A DNA stretch of 64,000 nucleotides, taken from positions 706 through 64,705 of the forward strand of contig CABSBM010000002.1 of assembly GCA_902475955.1 (NCBI GenBank), in the 5' to 3' direction. Source of the DNA: an uncultured Oscillibacter sp. GTDB taxonomy: Bacteria > Bacillota > Clostridia > Oscillospirales > Oscillospiraceae. A program made the position numbers and the translations under genes. Each line of letters begins with the position of its first letter. The first letter of the stretch is position 1. Under the pieces are notes generated by a model that saw only the letters and a program-made list of their open reading frames with translations, was not told where the DNA came from and ran no database searches. Below are positions 41,302-51,723 of the stretch, piece after piece.

Positions 41302-41441
41302 GTTCTCTCTTTCCTCCTGTCCCCGCCAGGGCGGGGTAGCCTTCCCTCCATTTTAACACCTTCCGGCAAAAAGCGCAACGGGAAGCGCCACATTCCGGCA
41401 AGGGAAAAGGGGCCGCCTTCCGGCGGCCCCTTTCCATGCGC

Positions 41442-41972
41442 TCAGTCCACGAACTTCACGAAGTCCGCCTTCCGGGGCGCGGCGGCGGGGATGCCTCCCG
41501 CGGCGTAGCCCAGGACGCAGTTGCCGACGCCCACCAGCCCCTCCGGCAGACCCCAGCGCCGCAGCAGCGCCTTGCCCTCCGGCCCGGCGAAGACCTCCTC
41601 CGCCCGGTTGATCCAGCAGGAGGAAACGCCCAGGCTCCAGGCGGCGTTCATCAGGTTCCCCATCACCAGGGACCCGTCCCGCTGGGCATTGGCGGCGCTG
41701 GTGGCCTCCGGGTCCGCCAGCACCACCACCACGCAGGGCGCCCCGTAGAAGGGGTCACCGCTGGCCCCCATCACGGCGGCGTTCAGGGCGGAGAGCTCGG
41801 CGATGTCCTCCTTTTTCGTCAGCACCGCCATGGTGACGCTCTGCCGCCCCATGGCGGAGGGGGCGTACTTCCCGGCCTCCAGGATGGCCTCCAGCTTCTC
41901 CCGCTCCACCGGGCGGGGGTCATAGGCCCGCAGGCTGCGGCGGGTCTCCAATACGTTCAGCGTCTCATTCAT
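41442..41972 (-). CDS. Nitroreductase family protein
   Basis: RRSLRAY, APSAMGRQ, LGVSSCWI. Confidence 0.9.
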   Translation of the reverse strand: MNETLNVLETRRSLRAYDPRPVEREKLEAILEAGKYAPSAMGRQSVTMAVLTKKEDIAELSALNAAVMGASGDPFYGAPCVVVVLADPEATSAANAQRDGSLVMGNLMNAAWSLGVSSCWINRAEEVFAGPEGKALLRRWGLPEGLVGVGNCVLGYAAGGIPAAAPRKADFVKFVD

Positions 41973-42261
41973 GGGACAGGCTCCTTTCCCGCGGCCCGGG
42001 GCCGCGCGGTCATTGCCCCTCTATTTTACCCCGGAGGGGGGCGGGATTGTCAAGAGGGAAGGGGAGGCGGCTGGGGAGGACCGGGAGAAAAAACGCGGGA
42101 AGTCCCGCGTTTCGCCCCCTCCAGGAGAAGGCGGCGGCCGCAGGCCTGCCAAAGTGCCCAAAACCAGGAAGTCCTTTTTGTGAAAGCATACAGAAATGCG
42201 AAAAGCGGCAGATTTCTTTTGCAATTTTTGCACAACTGCGTTACGATAGATACGGAAACGC

Positions 42262-42275
42262 TGGAAACGTTTCCA
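42262..42275. promoter_or_regulatory. LacI-family operator upstream of sugar ABC operon
   Basis: Perfect palindrome TGGAAACGTTTCCA; LacI gene in same locus. Confidence 0.75.
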
Positions 42276-42332
42276 TAAACTGTTGACCCGTGTCTCTTGC
42301 AAAGACCCAAAATTTATGAGGAGGAACAAAAG

Positions 42333-43664
42333 ATGAAGAAAACGCTTGCTCTCGTGCTGGCGGCCTGCCTGTGCCTGGCTCTGCTGGCTGGCTGCGGCAA
42401 CAGCAACACCCCCGCGGCATCCGGCTCCGCTTCCGGCACGGAAGCCACCGGCTCTGTCTACTACCTGAACTTCAAGCCCGAGTCCGATACCGCCTGGCAG
42501 GAGCTTGCCAAGCAGTACACCGAGGAGACCGGCGTCCCCGTGAAGGTCGTCACCGCCGCCTCCGGCAAGTACAACGACACCCTCACCGTTGAGATGGATA
42601 AGGCCGAGGCCCCCACCATGTTCCAGTGCGGCAACGCAGGCGCCATCAAGACCTGGGGCGAGTTCTGCTATGACCTCACCGGCACCGACTTCGCCAACGA
42701 GCTCACCACCGATGACTTCAACCTCTACGGCGAGAACGGCGAGCTGCTGGCCGTTGGTTACTGCTACGAGGCCTTCGGCATCATCGTCAACAAGGCCCTG
42801 CTGAAGCAGGCCGGCTATGAGCTCAGCGACATCAAGGACTTCGCCTCCCTGAAGACCGTGGCCGACGACATCCACGCCCGCGCCGCTGAGCTGGGCTTCG
42901 ACGCCTTCACCTCCGCCGGTCTGGACGGCTCCTCCTCCTGGCGTTTCTCCGGCCACCTGGCCAACATGCCTCTCTTCTACGAGTTCCGCGATGACAACAT
43001 CACCGCTCAGCCCGCTGAGATCAAGGGCACCTATCTCGAGAACTACAAGAACATCTGGGATCTCTACACCACTGACTCCGCCACCACCGGCGCCGCCCTG
43101 CTGACCGCCACCGGCGACGAGTCCGAGGCCGAGTTCGGCACCGGCAAGGCCGTCTTCTATCAGAACGGCACCTGGGAGTACTCCAACCTGGTCACCGACG
43201 AGAGCAAGGGCTTCAACATGAACCCTGATGATCTCGCCATGATCCCCATCTACTGCGGCGTCGCCGGCGAGGAGAAGGCTGGTCTCTGCTGCGGCACTGA
43301 GAACTGCTGGTCCGTCAACAAGAACGCCAAGCCCGAGGACATCCAGGCCACCCTGGACTTCATGAAGTGGGTCGTCACCTCTGACGCCGGCACCACCCTC
43401 ATGGCCGAGCAGTTTGGCCCCTGCCCCTTCAAGAGCGCCAAGACCCCCGAGAACGTCTTCTTCGCCGATGCCAACAACTACATCGCCGAGGGCAACTACG
43501 TTGTGACCTGGGCCTTCAACTACACTCCCGCCGTGGATGACTGGCGTGCGGGCGTGGTGGACGCTCTGAGCCAGTACACCGCCGGCGGCGCTGACTGGTC
43601 CGGCGTCGAGACTGCCTTCGTCCAGGGCTGGGCGCAGCAGTATGCCGCTGAGAACGCGGGCTAA
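42333..43664 (+). CDS. Sugar ABC transporter substrate-binding lipoprotein (probably maltodextrin)
   Basis: Lipobox LLAGC; YLNFKPE, GKAVFYQNGTW; linked to malQ. Confidence 0.9.
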   Translation: MKKTLALVLAACLCLALLAGCGNSNTPAASGSASGTEATGSVYYLNFKPESDTAWQELAKQYTEETGVPVKVVTAASGKYNDTLTVEMDKAEAPTMFQCGNAGAIKTWGEFCYDLTGTDFANELTTDDFNLYGENGELLAVGYCYEAFGIIVNKALLKQAGYELSDIKDFASLKTVADDIHARAAELGFDAFTSAGLDGSSSWRFSGHLANMPLFYEFRDDNITAQPAEIKGTYLENYKNIWDLYTTDSATTGAALLTATGDESEAEFGTGKAVFYQNGTWEYSNLVTDESKGFNMNPDDLAMIPIYCGVAGEEKAGLCCGTENCWSVNKNAKPEDIQATLDFMKWVVTSDAGTTLMAEQFGPCPFKSAKTPENVFFADANNYIAEGNYVVTWAFNYTPAVDDWRAGVVDALSQYTAGGADWSGVETAFVQGWAQQYAAENAG

Positions 43665-43937
43665 AACCTGACGGTTTCTCAGAAAGCGAACAGGATCTCT
43701 GCACCGGGGCGGGCGGCATCGCCCGCCCCGGCGAGTATCTATCGGGGCATCCGCGGAACCGCAGAGACCATCCCGCTTCCGCGAGGAAGGGTGTGCGCGG
43801 GAAGCAGGATTTGGCTTCCCTTTCGCGATCTTCAGGGGTACCCTGCCAGGGGAAAACGTGCTATACTGGCAGCATACCCGTGAAGACCGCCGCCCCAACG
43901 GGGCGAGAGACATTGAAGACAGGAGCGTGGGATCATT

Positions 43938-44858
43938 ATGAAACTTTTCACCCGCGGCGCATCGGACGGGTCCATGAACTCCCGGCTGATCCGCCGCCCC
44001 ATCCAGCACTGGGCATGGCTCTTCCTGCTGCCCACCCTCGCCGCCTTCTGCGTGGGCTTTGTCTGGCCCTTCCTGCAGGGGCTCTTCCTCTCCTTCTGCA
44101 AGTTCAAGATCACCAGCAGCTGGACCTGGGTGTGGTTCGACAACTACAAGAAGGCCGTGGCTGACCCCTCCTTCCTCCACGCCTTCTGGTATACGGCCCT
44201 CTTCGCTCTTGTCAGCATGCTGGCCATCAACCTTCTGGCCTTTGCCGTGGCCTATGCCCTGACCCGGGGCATCCGGGGTTCCAACCTCTTCCGGACGGTC
44301 TTCTTCATGCCGAACCTCATCGGCGGCATCGTCCTGGGCTACATCTGGAGCATGATCTTCGACGGTATCCTCAGCCGCTACGGCACCTCCATCCTCCTCA
44401 ACAGCAAGTATGGCTTCTGGGGCCTCATCATCCTCATGTGCTGGCAGCAGGTGGGCTACATGATGATCATCTACATCGCCGGGCTCCAGAGCGTCCCCGA
44501 GGACATGCTGGAGGCCGCCCGGATCGACGGCGCCAGCAGCTGGCAGACCCTTTGGCACATCACCATCCCCAACGTGATGCCCTCCATCACCATCTGTACC
44601 TTCCTGACCCTCACCAACGGCTTCAAGCTCTTCGACCAGAACCTGGCCCTCACCGCCGGCCGGCCCTTCATCATGGCGGCGGACGGCAGCACGGTGAAGA
44701 CCACGGAGATGCTGGCCCTGAACATCTACAGCTCCTTCTACTCCAACGTCACCAACCGGGGCGTGGGCCAGGCCAAGGCCGTGCTCTTCTTCATCCTGGT
44801 GGTGGTCATCAGCCTGGTCCAGCTCCGGGCCACCCGCTCCAAGGAGGTGCAGCAGTAA
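43938..44858 (+). CDS. Carbohydrate ABC transporter permease
   Basis: EAARIDGA EAA motif; start may be 43974. Confidence 0.9.
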   Translation: MKLFTRGASDGSMNSRLIRRPIQHWAWLFLLPTLAAFCVGFVWPFLQGLFLSFCKFKITSSWTWVWFDNYKKAVADPSFLHAFWYTALFALVSMLAINLLAFAVAYALTRGIRGSNLFRTVFFMPNLIGGIVLGYIWSMIFDGILSRYGTSILLNSKYGFWGLIILMCWQQVGYMMIIYIAGLQSVPEDMLEAARIDGASSWQTLWHITIPNVMPSITICTFLTLTNGFKLFDQNLALTAGRPFIMAADGSTVKTTEMLALNIYSSFYSNVTNRGVGQAKAVLFFILVVVISLVQLRATRSKEVQQ

Positions 44859-45766
44859 TGAGCAAGTCCGCCCACTCCCTCTCCGGCCAGAGCCGGAGCA
44901 AGCGCGCCCTGAGCGTCGTCTTCGCCGTCATCAGCGTGGTCTACCTCATGCCCATCTTCATCGTGCTGATGAACGCCTTCAAGAGCAACAGCGCCGTGAA
45001 TATGGACACCTTTGCCTTCCCCAACTCCGAGACCTTCATGGGCTGGCAGAACTTCATCAAGGGCATGACCTTCGGCAACTACCCCTTCCCCAAGGCCGTG
45101 TTCTTCAGCTTCTTCATCACCCTGGTCTCCGCGGCGCTGATCCTGCTCTGCTGCTCCATGGCGGCGTGGTACATTGCCCGGGTGGGCAGCCCCCTCTGCA
45201 AGATCGTCTACTACCTCTGCATCTTCTCCATGGTGGTCCCCTTCCAGATGGTGATGTTCACCCTGGCGAGGACTTCCGACTCCGTCCGCCTCCCCTACTT
45301 TGACTTCCTGACGGGCAGCATCCAGAAGATCGCCCTCAACTCCCCCTGGACCATCCCCATCATCTACCTGGGCTTCGGCGCGGGGCTTGCCATCTTCATG
45401 TTCGTGGGCTTCGTGAAGTCCATCCCCATTGAGATCGAGGAGGCCGCCGCCATCGACGGCTGCGGCCCCGTGCGCACCTACTTCATGGTGGTGATGCCCA
45501 TGCTGAAGCCTACCCTCATCTCCGTGGGCATCCTGGAGATCATGTGGGTCTGGAACGACTTCCTGCTCCCCTACCTGGTGCTGGATCGCAACGAGTACAT
45601 GACCATCCCCATCCTCATCCAATACCTCAAGGGCAGCTACGGCACCGTGGATCTGGGCGCCACCATGGCCCTGATCCTCCTCAGCATCCTGCCGGTCATC
45701 ATCTTCTACCTCCTCTGCCAGAAGCACATCATCAAGGGTGTGGCCGCCGGCGCCGTGAAGGGGTAA
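44858..45766 (+). CDS. Carbohydrate ABC transporter permease
   Basis: EEAAAIDG, WNDFLLP, GAVKG end; TAATG overlap. Confidence 0.9.
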   Translation: MSKSAHSLSGQSRSKRALSVVFAVISVVYLMPIFIVLMNAFKSNSAVNMDTFAFPNSETFMGWQNFIKGMTFGNYPFPKAVFFSFFITLVSAALILLCCSMAAWYIARVGSPLCKIVYYLCIFSMVVPFQMVMFTLARTSDSVRLPYFDFLTGSIQKIALNSPWTIPIIYLGFGAGLAIFMFVGFVKSIPIEIEEAAAIDGCGPVRTYFMVVMPMLKPTLISVGILEIMWVWNDFLLPYLVLDRNEYMTIPILIQYLKGSYGTVDLGATMALILLSILPVIIFYLLCQKHIIKGVAAGAVKG

Positions 45767-45772
45767 GGGCCT

Positions 45773-46786
45773 ATGTCTGTTACCATCCGGGACATCGCCC
45801 GGGAATCCGGCTACGCCGTGGGCACCGTCTCCCGGGTCCTGAACCACCACCCCGATGTCAGCGAGACCGCGAGAGAGCGGATCATGGCGGTGGTGGAGGC
45901 CCACGGCTTCACCCCCAACTCCAACGCCCGGCACTTGAAGCAGAGCGTCAGCCGCTCCATCGCCATCATCGTCAAGGGCAGCAGCAACCTCCTCTTCGCC
46001 GACATGGTGGAGCGTGCCCAGAACCGCATGCAGAGCCGGGGCTTTGACACCGCCGTCCACTACCTGGACGAGGATAACAACGAGGTGGCCTTCGCCGCCA
46101 CCGTGGCTCGGGAGTATAAGCCGAGAGGCTTCCTCTTCCTGGGCGGCAACCTGGACTGCTTCCGCTCGGATTTCGCCGCCATCACCGCCCCGGCGGTGCT
46201 CCTCACCAACTCCGCCCAGGGGCTGGACTTCCCCAACCTCTCCAGCGTCACCACGGACGATACCGCCGCCGCCCGCAGCGCCATGGATCTGCTGCTGGAC
46301 GGCGGGCACCGCCGGGTGGGCATCCTGGGCGCCAACTTCGACTGCGCCCAGATCAGCTACAGCCGCTACCTCGGCTGCCGGGAGAGCTTCGAGGCCCACG
46401 GCCTTACCCTGGACGATTCCTGGGCGGAGGCCTGCCGCTACTCCATGGCGGAGGGCTACGCCGCCGCCGGCCGCCTGCTGGATCGCACGGAGGGCCTCAC
46501 CGCCCTCTTCGCCCTCTCGGATGTCATGGCCATCGGGGCCATCCGCTGCCTGCGGGACCGGGGGCTCCGGGTGCCGGAGGATATCTCCGTGGTGGGCTTT
46601 GACGGCGTGGCCCTGGGGGAGTACTGCGTCCCCCGGCTCACCACCGTCCGTCAGGATACCCGCTCCATGGTCCACCGGGCGGCGGAGATCCTGCTCGGCC
46701 GCCTGACGGAGGAGCTCCCCCCGGTCCACGAGACCATTCCCTTCACCCTGATCCCCGGCGAGAGCGCCGGGCCTTCCCCAATCTGA
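45773..46786 (+). CDS. LacI-family transcriptional regulator
   Basis: TIRDIARESG..VGTVSRVLN HTH; VPEDISVVGFD; LTTVRQ. Confidence 0.95.
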   Translation: MSVTIRDIARESGYAVGTVSRVLNHHPDVSETARERIMAVVEAHGFTPNSNARHLKQSVSRSIAIIVKGSSNLLFADMVERAQNRMQSRGFDTAVHYLDEDNNEVAFAATVAREYKPRGFLFLGGNLDCFRSDFAAITAPAVLLTNSAQGLDFPNLSSVTTDDTAAARSAMDLLLDGGHRRVGILGANFDCAQISYSRYLGCRESFEAHGLTLDDSWAEACRYSMAEGYAAAGRLLDRTEGLTALFALSDVMAIGAIRCLRDRGLRVPEDISVVGFDGVALGEYCVPRLTTVRQDTRSMVHRAAEILLGRLTEELPPVHETIPFTLIPGESAGPSPI

Positions 46787-46796
46787 TGCATGTGAG

Positions 46797-48293
46797 GTGG
46801 TTCCTCTGAAACGCAGCGCCGGTATCCTTCTTCCGGTCTTCTCCCTGCCGTCCCCCTGGGGCGTCGGCACCTTGGGAGAGGCCGCCCGGGACTTCGTCCG
46901 CTTCCTGGAGGCGGCGGGCCAGTCCTACTGGCAGGTCCTGCCCCTGGGCGAGACCAGCTTCGGCGACTCGCCGTATCAGGCCTTCTCCTCCTACGCCGGG
47001 AACCCCTACCTCATCGACCTGGACCTCCTGCGCCAGGACAGCCTTCTGACGGCGGAGGACTACCAGTCCCTCCCCTGGGGGGAGGATCCCCGCCGGGTGG
47101 ACTACGCCCTCCTCTACCGCCAGCGCCGGGCTGTCCTGCGCAAGGCCGCGGAGCGGCTGCTCTCCGCCCCGCCGGCGGATTATGCCGCCTTCTGCCGGGA
47201 AAACGCCTTCTGGCTGGAGGATTACGCCCTCTTCACCGCCCTGAAAGCCCAGCGCAGCGGCGCTCCCTGGTGGGACTGGGAGGATGCCCTTCGGCTCCGC
47301 CATCCCGCCGCACTGGACGCCGCCCGGGCGGAGCTCTCTTCGGAGCTTTCCATCCACCGGGCCACCCAGTACCTCTTCTTCCGCCAGTGGGCCGCCCTCC
47401 GGGACTTCGCCCACGCCCACGGGGTCTCCCTCATCGGGGACCTGCCCATCTACACCGCCTCGGACTCCGCCGACGTCTGGAGCGCTCCGCGGGAATTCCA
47501 GCTGGACGAGACCGGCCATCCCACGGAGGTCGCCGGCTGCCCGCCGGACGGCTTCTCCCCGGATGGGCAGCTCTGGGGCAACTACCTCTTCGCCTGGGAC
47601 CGCATGGCGGAGGACGGCTACGCCTGGTGGCGCCGCCGGGTCCTCTTCCAGCTGCGGCTCTACGACATCCTGCGCATCGACCACTTCCGGGGCTTCGACG
47701 CCTACTACGCCATCCCCGCCGGGGACGATACCGCCAAGAACGGCCGCTGGCGGCCGGGGCCCGGCCTCGCCCTCTTCCAGGCGCTGACGGCGGCCTACGG
47801 CGGCGAGATGCCCATCATTGCGGAGGACCTGGGCTTCCTCTCAGACTCCGTGCGGACCCTGGTCCGGGAGACCGGTTACCCCGGCATGAAGGTCCTGGAG
47901 CTGGCCTTTGACAGCCGGGACAGCGGCGCCTCCGACTACCTGCCCCACCGCGTCGGGGAGCACTGCGTGGCCTACACCGGCACCCATGATAACGACACCA
48001 TCCTGGGCTGGGCCGCCACCGCCCCGCCCGCCGACGTGGCCTTTGCCCGGGACTACCTGAAGCTGGGCGACCGCCAGGACTGGAACTGGGCCATGATGGA
48101 CGCCGCCTGGCAGAGCCCGGCGGAGCTGGCCGTGATGCAGGTCCAGGATCTGCTGGGTCTCGGCCACGAGACCCGGATGAACACCCCCTCCACCCTGGGC
48201 GGCAACTGGCTCTGGCGCCTTCTCCCCGGCGAGCTGACGGAGGACCTGGCCCAGACCGTCCGGGTGCGCATGGCGCGCTTCGGTCGCCTCTGA
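46797..48293 (+). CDS. malQ: 4-alpha-glucanotransferase (amylomaltase, GH77)
   Basis: WQVLPL, GDLPIY, LRIDHFRG, IAEDLG, YTGTHDNDT, MNTPST. Confidence 0.95.
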   Translation: MVPLKRSAGILLPVFSLPSPWGVGTLGEAARDFVRFLEAAGQSYWQVLPLGETSFGDSPYQAFSSYAGNPYLIDLDLLRQDSLLTAEDYQSLPWGEDPRRVDYALLYRQRRAVLRKAAERLLSAPPADYAAFCRENAFWLEDYALFTALKAQRSGAPWWDWEDALRLRHPAALDAARAELSSELSIHRATQYLFFRQWAALRDFAHAHGVSLIGDLPIYTASDSADVWSAPREFQLDETGHPTEVAGCPPDGFSPDGQLWGNYLFAWDRMAEDGYAWWRRRVLFQLRLYDILRIDHFRGFDAYYAIPAGDDTAKNGRWRPGPGLALFQALTAAYGGEMPIIAEDLGFLSDSVRTLVRETGYPGMKVLELAFDSRDSGASDYLPHRVGEHCVAYTGTHDNDTILGWAATAPPADVAFARDYLKLGDRQDWNWAMMDAAWQSPAELAVMQVQDLLGLGHETRMNTPSTLGGNWLWRLLPGELTEDLAQTVRVRMARFGRL

Positions 48294-48306
48294 CCCTGAA
48301 AACACC

Positions 48307-48355
48307 AAAAACCGGCGATATCCCGACCCTTTCGGTCAAGATATCGCCGGTTTTT
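48307..48355. terminator. Bidirectional terminator
   Basis: AAAAACCGGCGATATC...GATATCGCCGGTTTTT. Confidence 0.85.
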
Positions 48356-48370
48356 CTCTTTTGTGGACCA

Positions 48371-49162
48371 TTATCCCATCCGCTCCGTCAGCTCCGCCAC
48401 GTCCCGCAGCACCCAGCGGGGCTTCGTCTCGCTGGCCTTCAGGTCTGCCTCCGTGCTCTCGCCGGAGAGGACCAGCACGCTGTCGATGCCGGCGTTGACG
48501 GCGCAGGCGATGTCGGTGTAGAGCCGGTCACCCACCAGGACCGTCTCCTCCGGGGCATAGCCAGCGCTCTTCATGGCCAGAAGCGCCATCTCCGGCTGGG
48601 GCTTGCCGATGACCCTGGGCCGCCGCCCAGTGGCCCGATAGAGCATCTCGCAGACGCTGCCGCAGTCCGGCACGTAGCCATACCAGGTGGGGCAGACCCA
48701 GTCGGGATTGGTGGCCAGGAACTCCACCCCCCGGTTCAGCAGGATGCAGGCGTCCTCCAGCTTCTGAAAGGTCAGCTCCGTGTCAAAGCCGCAGATGAGG
48801 ACCTCCGCCTCCTCCCGATCAGAGGTCACGGAGAATCCCGCCTGCCGCAGCTGGCGGCGGAAGGACTCCGTCCCGGCGACGTAGAGGGGCTTCCCCTGAT
48901 AGTCCCCCTTCCGCAGAAAGAGGACCAGGGCGTCCACCGAGGTCAAAAAGTCCTCCGGCACGCTCCCGATCCCCAGGCGCCGGAGCTTCTCCACGTAGCT
49001 GTCCGCCCCCCGGGAGGAGTTGTTGGTGAGGAAGAGGTAGCGCCCGCCCTTCTCCCGGATCCGCCGGAGGAAGGGGATGGTGCCGGGGAAGAGGTCGTTA
49101 TCCAGGTACAATGTGCCGTCCATATCCAGCAGGAAGAGCCGCTTGTCGGTGAGTTCCGCCAT
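48371..49162 (-). CDS. HAD-IIA (NagD-like) hydrolase
   Basis: DMDGTLY, LTNNSS, TNPD, GKP, VGDRLYTDI. Confidence 0.9.
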   Translation of the reverse strand: MAELTDKRLFLLDMDGTLYLDNDLFPGTIPFLRRIREKGGRYLFLTNNSSRGADSYVEKLRRLGIGSVPEDFLTSVDALVLFLRKGDYQGKPLYVAGTESFRRQLRQAGFSVTSDREEAEVLICGFDTELTFQKLEDACILLNRGVEFLATNPDWVCPTWYGYVPDCGSVCEMLYRATGRRPRVIGKPQPEMALLAMKSAGYAPEETVLVGDRLYTDIACAVNAGIDSVLVLSGESTEADLKASETKPRWVLRDVAELTERMG

Positions 49163-49230
49163 ACAATTTGCCTCCATTTCGGGAAAAGTCAGCTGCCGGG
49201 GCGGCTGTGCCGCCCCGGCAGCGCTGTCTC

Positions 49231-50775
49231 TCAGCCGTAGCTGCGGGTGAAGTTCACGTGGGCGGAACGGGCGGTGCCAAAGAGCTCCGGCCCGGAGAGG
49301 ACCCGGACCTTCAGGCTGTCCCAATCCGGGGACAGGGCCAGCACGCCCTGGCTCACGCCGTCGGCTTCGTCGTAGAGATGGTAGTAAACAGCGATGCCCT
49401 CCCCGGTGACGCCCAGGCAGGTATAGCCGCCGGAGCGGCCCACCGTGTTCCGGGGCGCCTGGGGATCGCTGACCTGGAAGGTCAGGGTCCCGTCGCCGCC
49501 GAAGATCAGGTTATAGAGGCTCTCATAGCTGCCGCCGCCCTGGTTCTCATGGCTCACGGCCTCAGAGCACCAGGTCCCGTCCCAGAGGCCCCCGAGACCG
49601 CTCCGCTCCGCGGCGCCGATGGCGTCGGCCAGGTCCACCTTCCCGCTCTCCGTGTTGGCGTAGAGGGTGGGGACGCTGGTCTCCCCCTCCGCGGGGCCGG
49701 TCTCAAAGCCCTTCACGCCGGTGACTCCCGGCAGGGGACCGCTCGCGCAGAGAGTCCCGCCCAGGAGCCCTTCCACCACGTTGACGCACTCCATCGTGCC
49801 CTCCTCCGTCCGCAGGAGGAGGTAGGGCTGGAAGTCCAGCCCCAGGCTGCCGCAGAAGAGGGCCGTGTAGCGCCCGTATAGCCCCGCCACGGCGTAAGGC
49901 GTGCCATACCGGATGTCGGCGTCAGCGAAGAAGGCCCGGGCCTCCGCCGTGTCCTGCACGGTGACGCTGAGCTCTCCCGCCGCCAGCTCCGCCGTGATAA
50001 AGCCGCAGGCGGCGCTGAGAGGCTGGGCCGGGGTGGCGGGGTCCAGGTCCAGGGCCAGCGGCCGCTCGTACCACTCCGCCCCCGCCGGGGACGCCACAGG
50101 CACGATGGCCGTGAGCTGGCCGTCCTGGGCGAGATACAGGGGCAGGTCCTCCGTCAGGTTGTCCCGGGAGAGGGTCTTGGCCCGCAGCTCCGTCATGGCG
50201 GCGATGTCCGCCGCCGTGCTCTGGTAGTTCCCGTCGAAGAACCGGGCGGCGGAGCGGCGCAGCGCCTCCAGATAGTCCTCCGGCTGGATGTTCATCCGCT
50301 CTAAGAGGGCCCCGTTGCCAACCCGCTCTTGGGCCTGAAAGTCATAGTTCCAGGCGGCGTAGACCGTGTAGTCGGCGTCCGTCTCCGCCTGGACCAGAAG
50401 GCTCAAAAGGCTCCCCTGCCAGTGGCTGGTCCAGGAGACGCTGAGGACCCCCAGGGAATCCCCACTCTCCATGCAGGCGATGGCGTCCTCCGCCGCGCCG
50501 CCGAAGATGTCCCAGATCTCGTCGTTGACGGCCTGGGCCTCGGCGCTCTCGTCCAGCAGCTCCGGCACATGGAGGCTGTAGCGGTAGTCATTGCCCACGG
50601 AGTCGGTATACTCCCCCTCCTGGGTCAAAACCTCCCCCAGGAGGCTGTCGTCATAGTGGCCTCCGGCGCTGCCGGAGTGGCTCCCCGGCTGACCGCAGGC
50701 GCAGAGGCCCAGGGTCAGCGCCAGGGCGCCAAGACCCGCCGCTAGGCGGCGAAACTGTGTTCTCATCCGTCTCAT
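49231..50775 (-). CDS. Hypothetical lipoprotein (N-terminal part possibly DUF4163/DUF3298-like)
   Basis: Lipobox LCAC; ATGA-coupled to pcp. Confidence 0.7.
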   Translation of the reverse strand: MRRMRTQFRRLAAGLGALALTLGLCACGQPGSHSGSAGGHYDDSLLGEVLTQEGEYTDSVGNDYRYSLHVPELLDESAEAQAVNDEIWDIFGGAAEDAIACMESGDSLGVLSVSWTSHWQGSLLSLLVQAETDADYTVYAAWNYDFQAQERVGNGALLERMNIQPEDYLEALRRSAARFFDGNYQSTAADIAAMTELRAKTLSRDNLTEDLPLYLAQDGQLTAIVPVASPAGAEWYERPLALDLDPATPAQPLSAACGFITAELAAGELSVTVQDTAEARAFFADADIRYGTPYAVAGLYGRYTALFCGSLGLDFQPYLLLRTEEGTMECVNVVEGLLGGTLCASGPLPGVTGVKGFETGPAEGETSVPTLYANTESGKVDLADAIGAAERSGLGGLWDGTWCSEAVSHENQGGGSYESLYNLIFGGDGTLTFQVSDPQAPRNTVGRSGGYTCLGVTGEGIAVYYHLYDEADGVSQGVLALSPDWDSLKVRVLSGPELFGTARSAHVNFTRSYG

Positions 50776-51389
50776 CCTTTCCTCAGGCTCTCTGCGATGG
50801 CGCCCACTGCCGTCTCCAGCCCCGCCGTGATGGCGGGCAGCGGCAGGGAAGGGCAGCCGGGCTTTTCCAGCGTCTGCTCACAGCAGCAGGGCACGTGGAG
50901 GAATCCCCCGGGGATGCCCCGCTCCTTGGCCAGCCCCGCCAGGCGGTAGAGGGTTGCGTTGCAGATATACGCCCCGGCGCTGAGACTCAGCTGGGCCGGG
51001 ACCCCCGCCCCCCGGATGGCGGAGACCATCTCCTTCACCGGCAGGCTCGAAAAATGGGCGTCCGCCCCGGCGGGGTCGATGGGCTCCCCCTGGCAGAGGA
51101 CCCCGGCGTTGTCGGGGAGGGAGGCGTCCTTCCAGTTGATGCCCACCAGCTCCGGAGTCAGGGCCGCCCGGCCCGCCGCCTGTCCCACAGAGAGGACGGC
51201 GTCCGGGGCCAGCTCCTCCACCAGCGCCTCCAGCCGGGCGGGCCCGGCCTCGTACTCCACCGGCAGCCGCCGCTTCACGATCTCCGCCCCGCCGATGGCC
51301 TCCGGCAGGCGGGACACCGCCTCCCAGGCGGCGTTGACGGCGTCCGGCCCAAAGGGCTCAAACCCCGTGACCAGGATCTTCACAGGCAT
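50772..51389 (-). CDS. pcp: Pyroglutamyl-peptidase I
   Basis: ILVTGFEPFG, VGQA.GR, SAGAYICN, GFLHVP. Confidence 0.95.
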   Translation of the reverse strand: MPVKILVTGFEPFGPDAVNAAWEAVSRLPEAIGGAEIVKRRLPVEYEAGPARLEALVEELAPDAVLSVGQAAGRAALTPELVGINWKDASLPDNAGVLCQGEPIDPAGADAHFSSLPVKEMVSAIRGAGVPAQLSLSAGAYICNATLYRLAGLAKERGIPGGFLHVPCCCEQTLEKPGCPSLPLPAITAGLETAVGAIAESLRKG

Positions 51390-51445
51390 CCCTCGCTTTC
51401 TCCAGGGAGCTATTGTACCACATCCCGGTCTCTTTTGCAATGCCC

Positions 51446-51553
51446 TCAATCTTCCAGAAAATCCCGGTACTCCTCGTCGGTGGAGAAGAGAATGTACTTC
51501 CCCAGCCAAGAGACATAACCCATGTAACCCGCCGCCGTGCTGTAACCCTTCAT
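51446..51553 (-). CDS. 35-aa small protein MKGYSTAAGYMGYVSWLGKYILFSTDEEYRDFLED
   Basis: AAGGAG RBS; resembles a small uncharacterised Clostridia protein type (MKGY...GYMG.V...Y.LF..E.EY), recalled rather than searched. Confidence 0.7.
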   Translation of the reverse strand: MKGYSTAAGYMGYVSWLGKYILFSTDEEYRDFLED

Positions 51554-51723
51554 CTGCCGCTCCTTCCGCCCCGTGGGGGCTTCGTTTTTCTTCATGCTCC
51601 CATGATAGCGGAAGAATGGTCCTAAAATATGGACAGTTCCGGCGAAACCCCGCCCTTGCGGCAGGGGAGCCGCCATGGTAGAATGAGAAAAAACGCCCCT
51701 CCGGGGGCGGAGGGAGGCACGGC

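Noticed and set aside
42177..42236. Rex-like TTGTGAA/TGCACAA half-sites
   Set aside because: Only partial matches to the Rex palindrome in AT-rich promoter DNA; not supportable.
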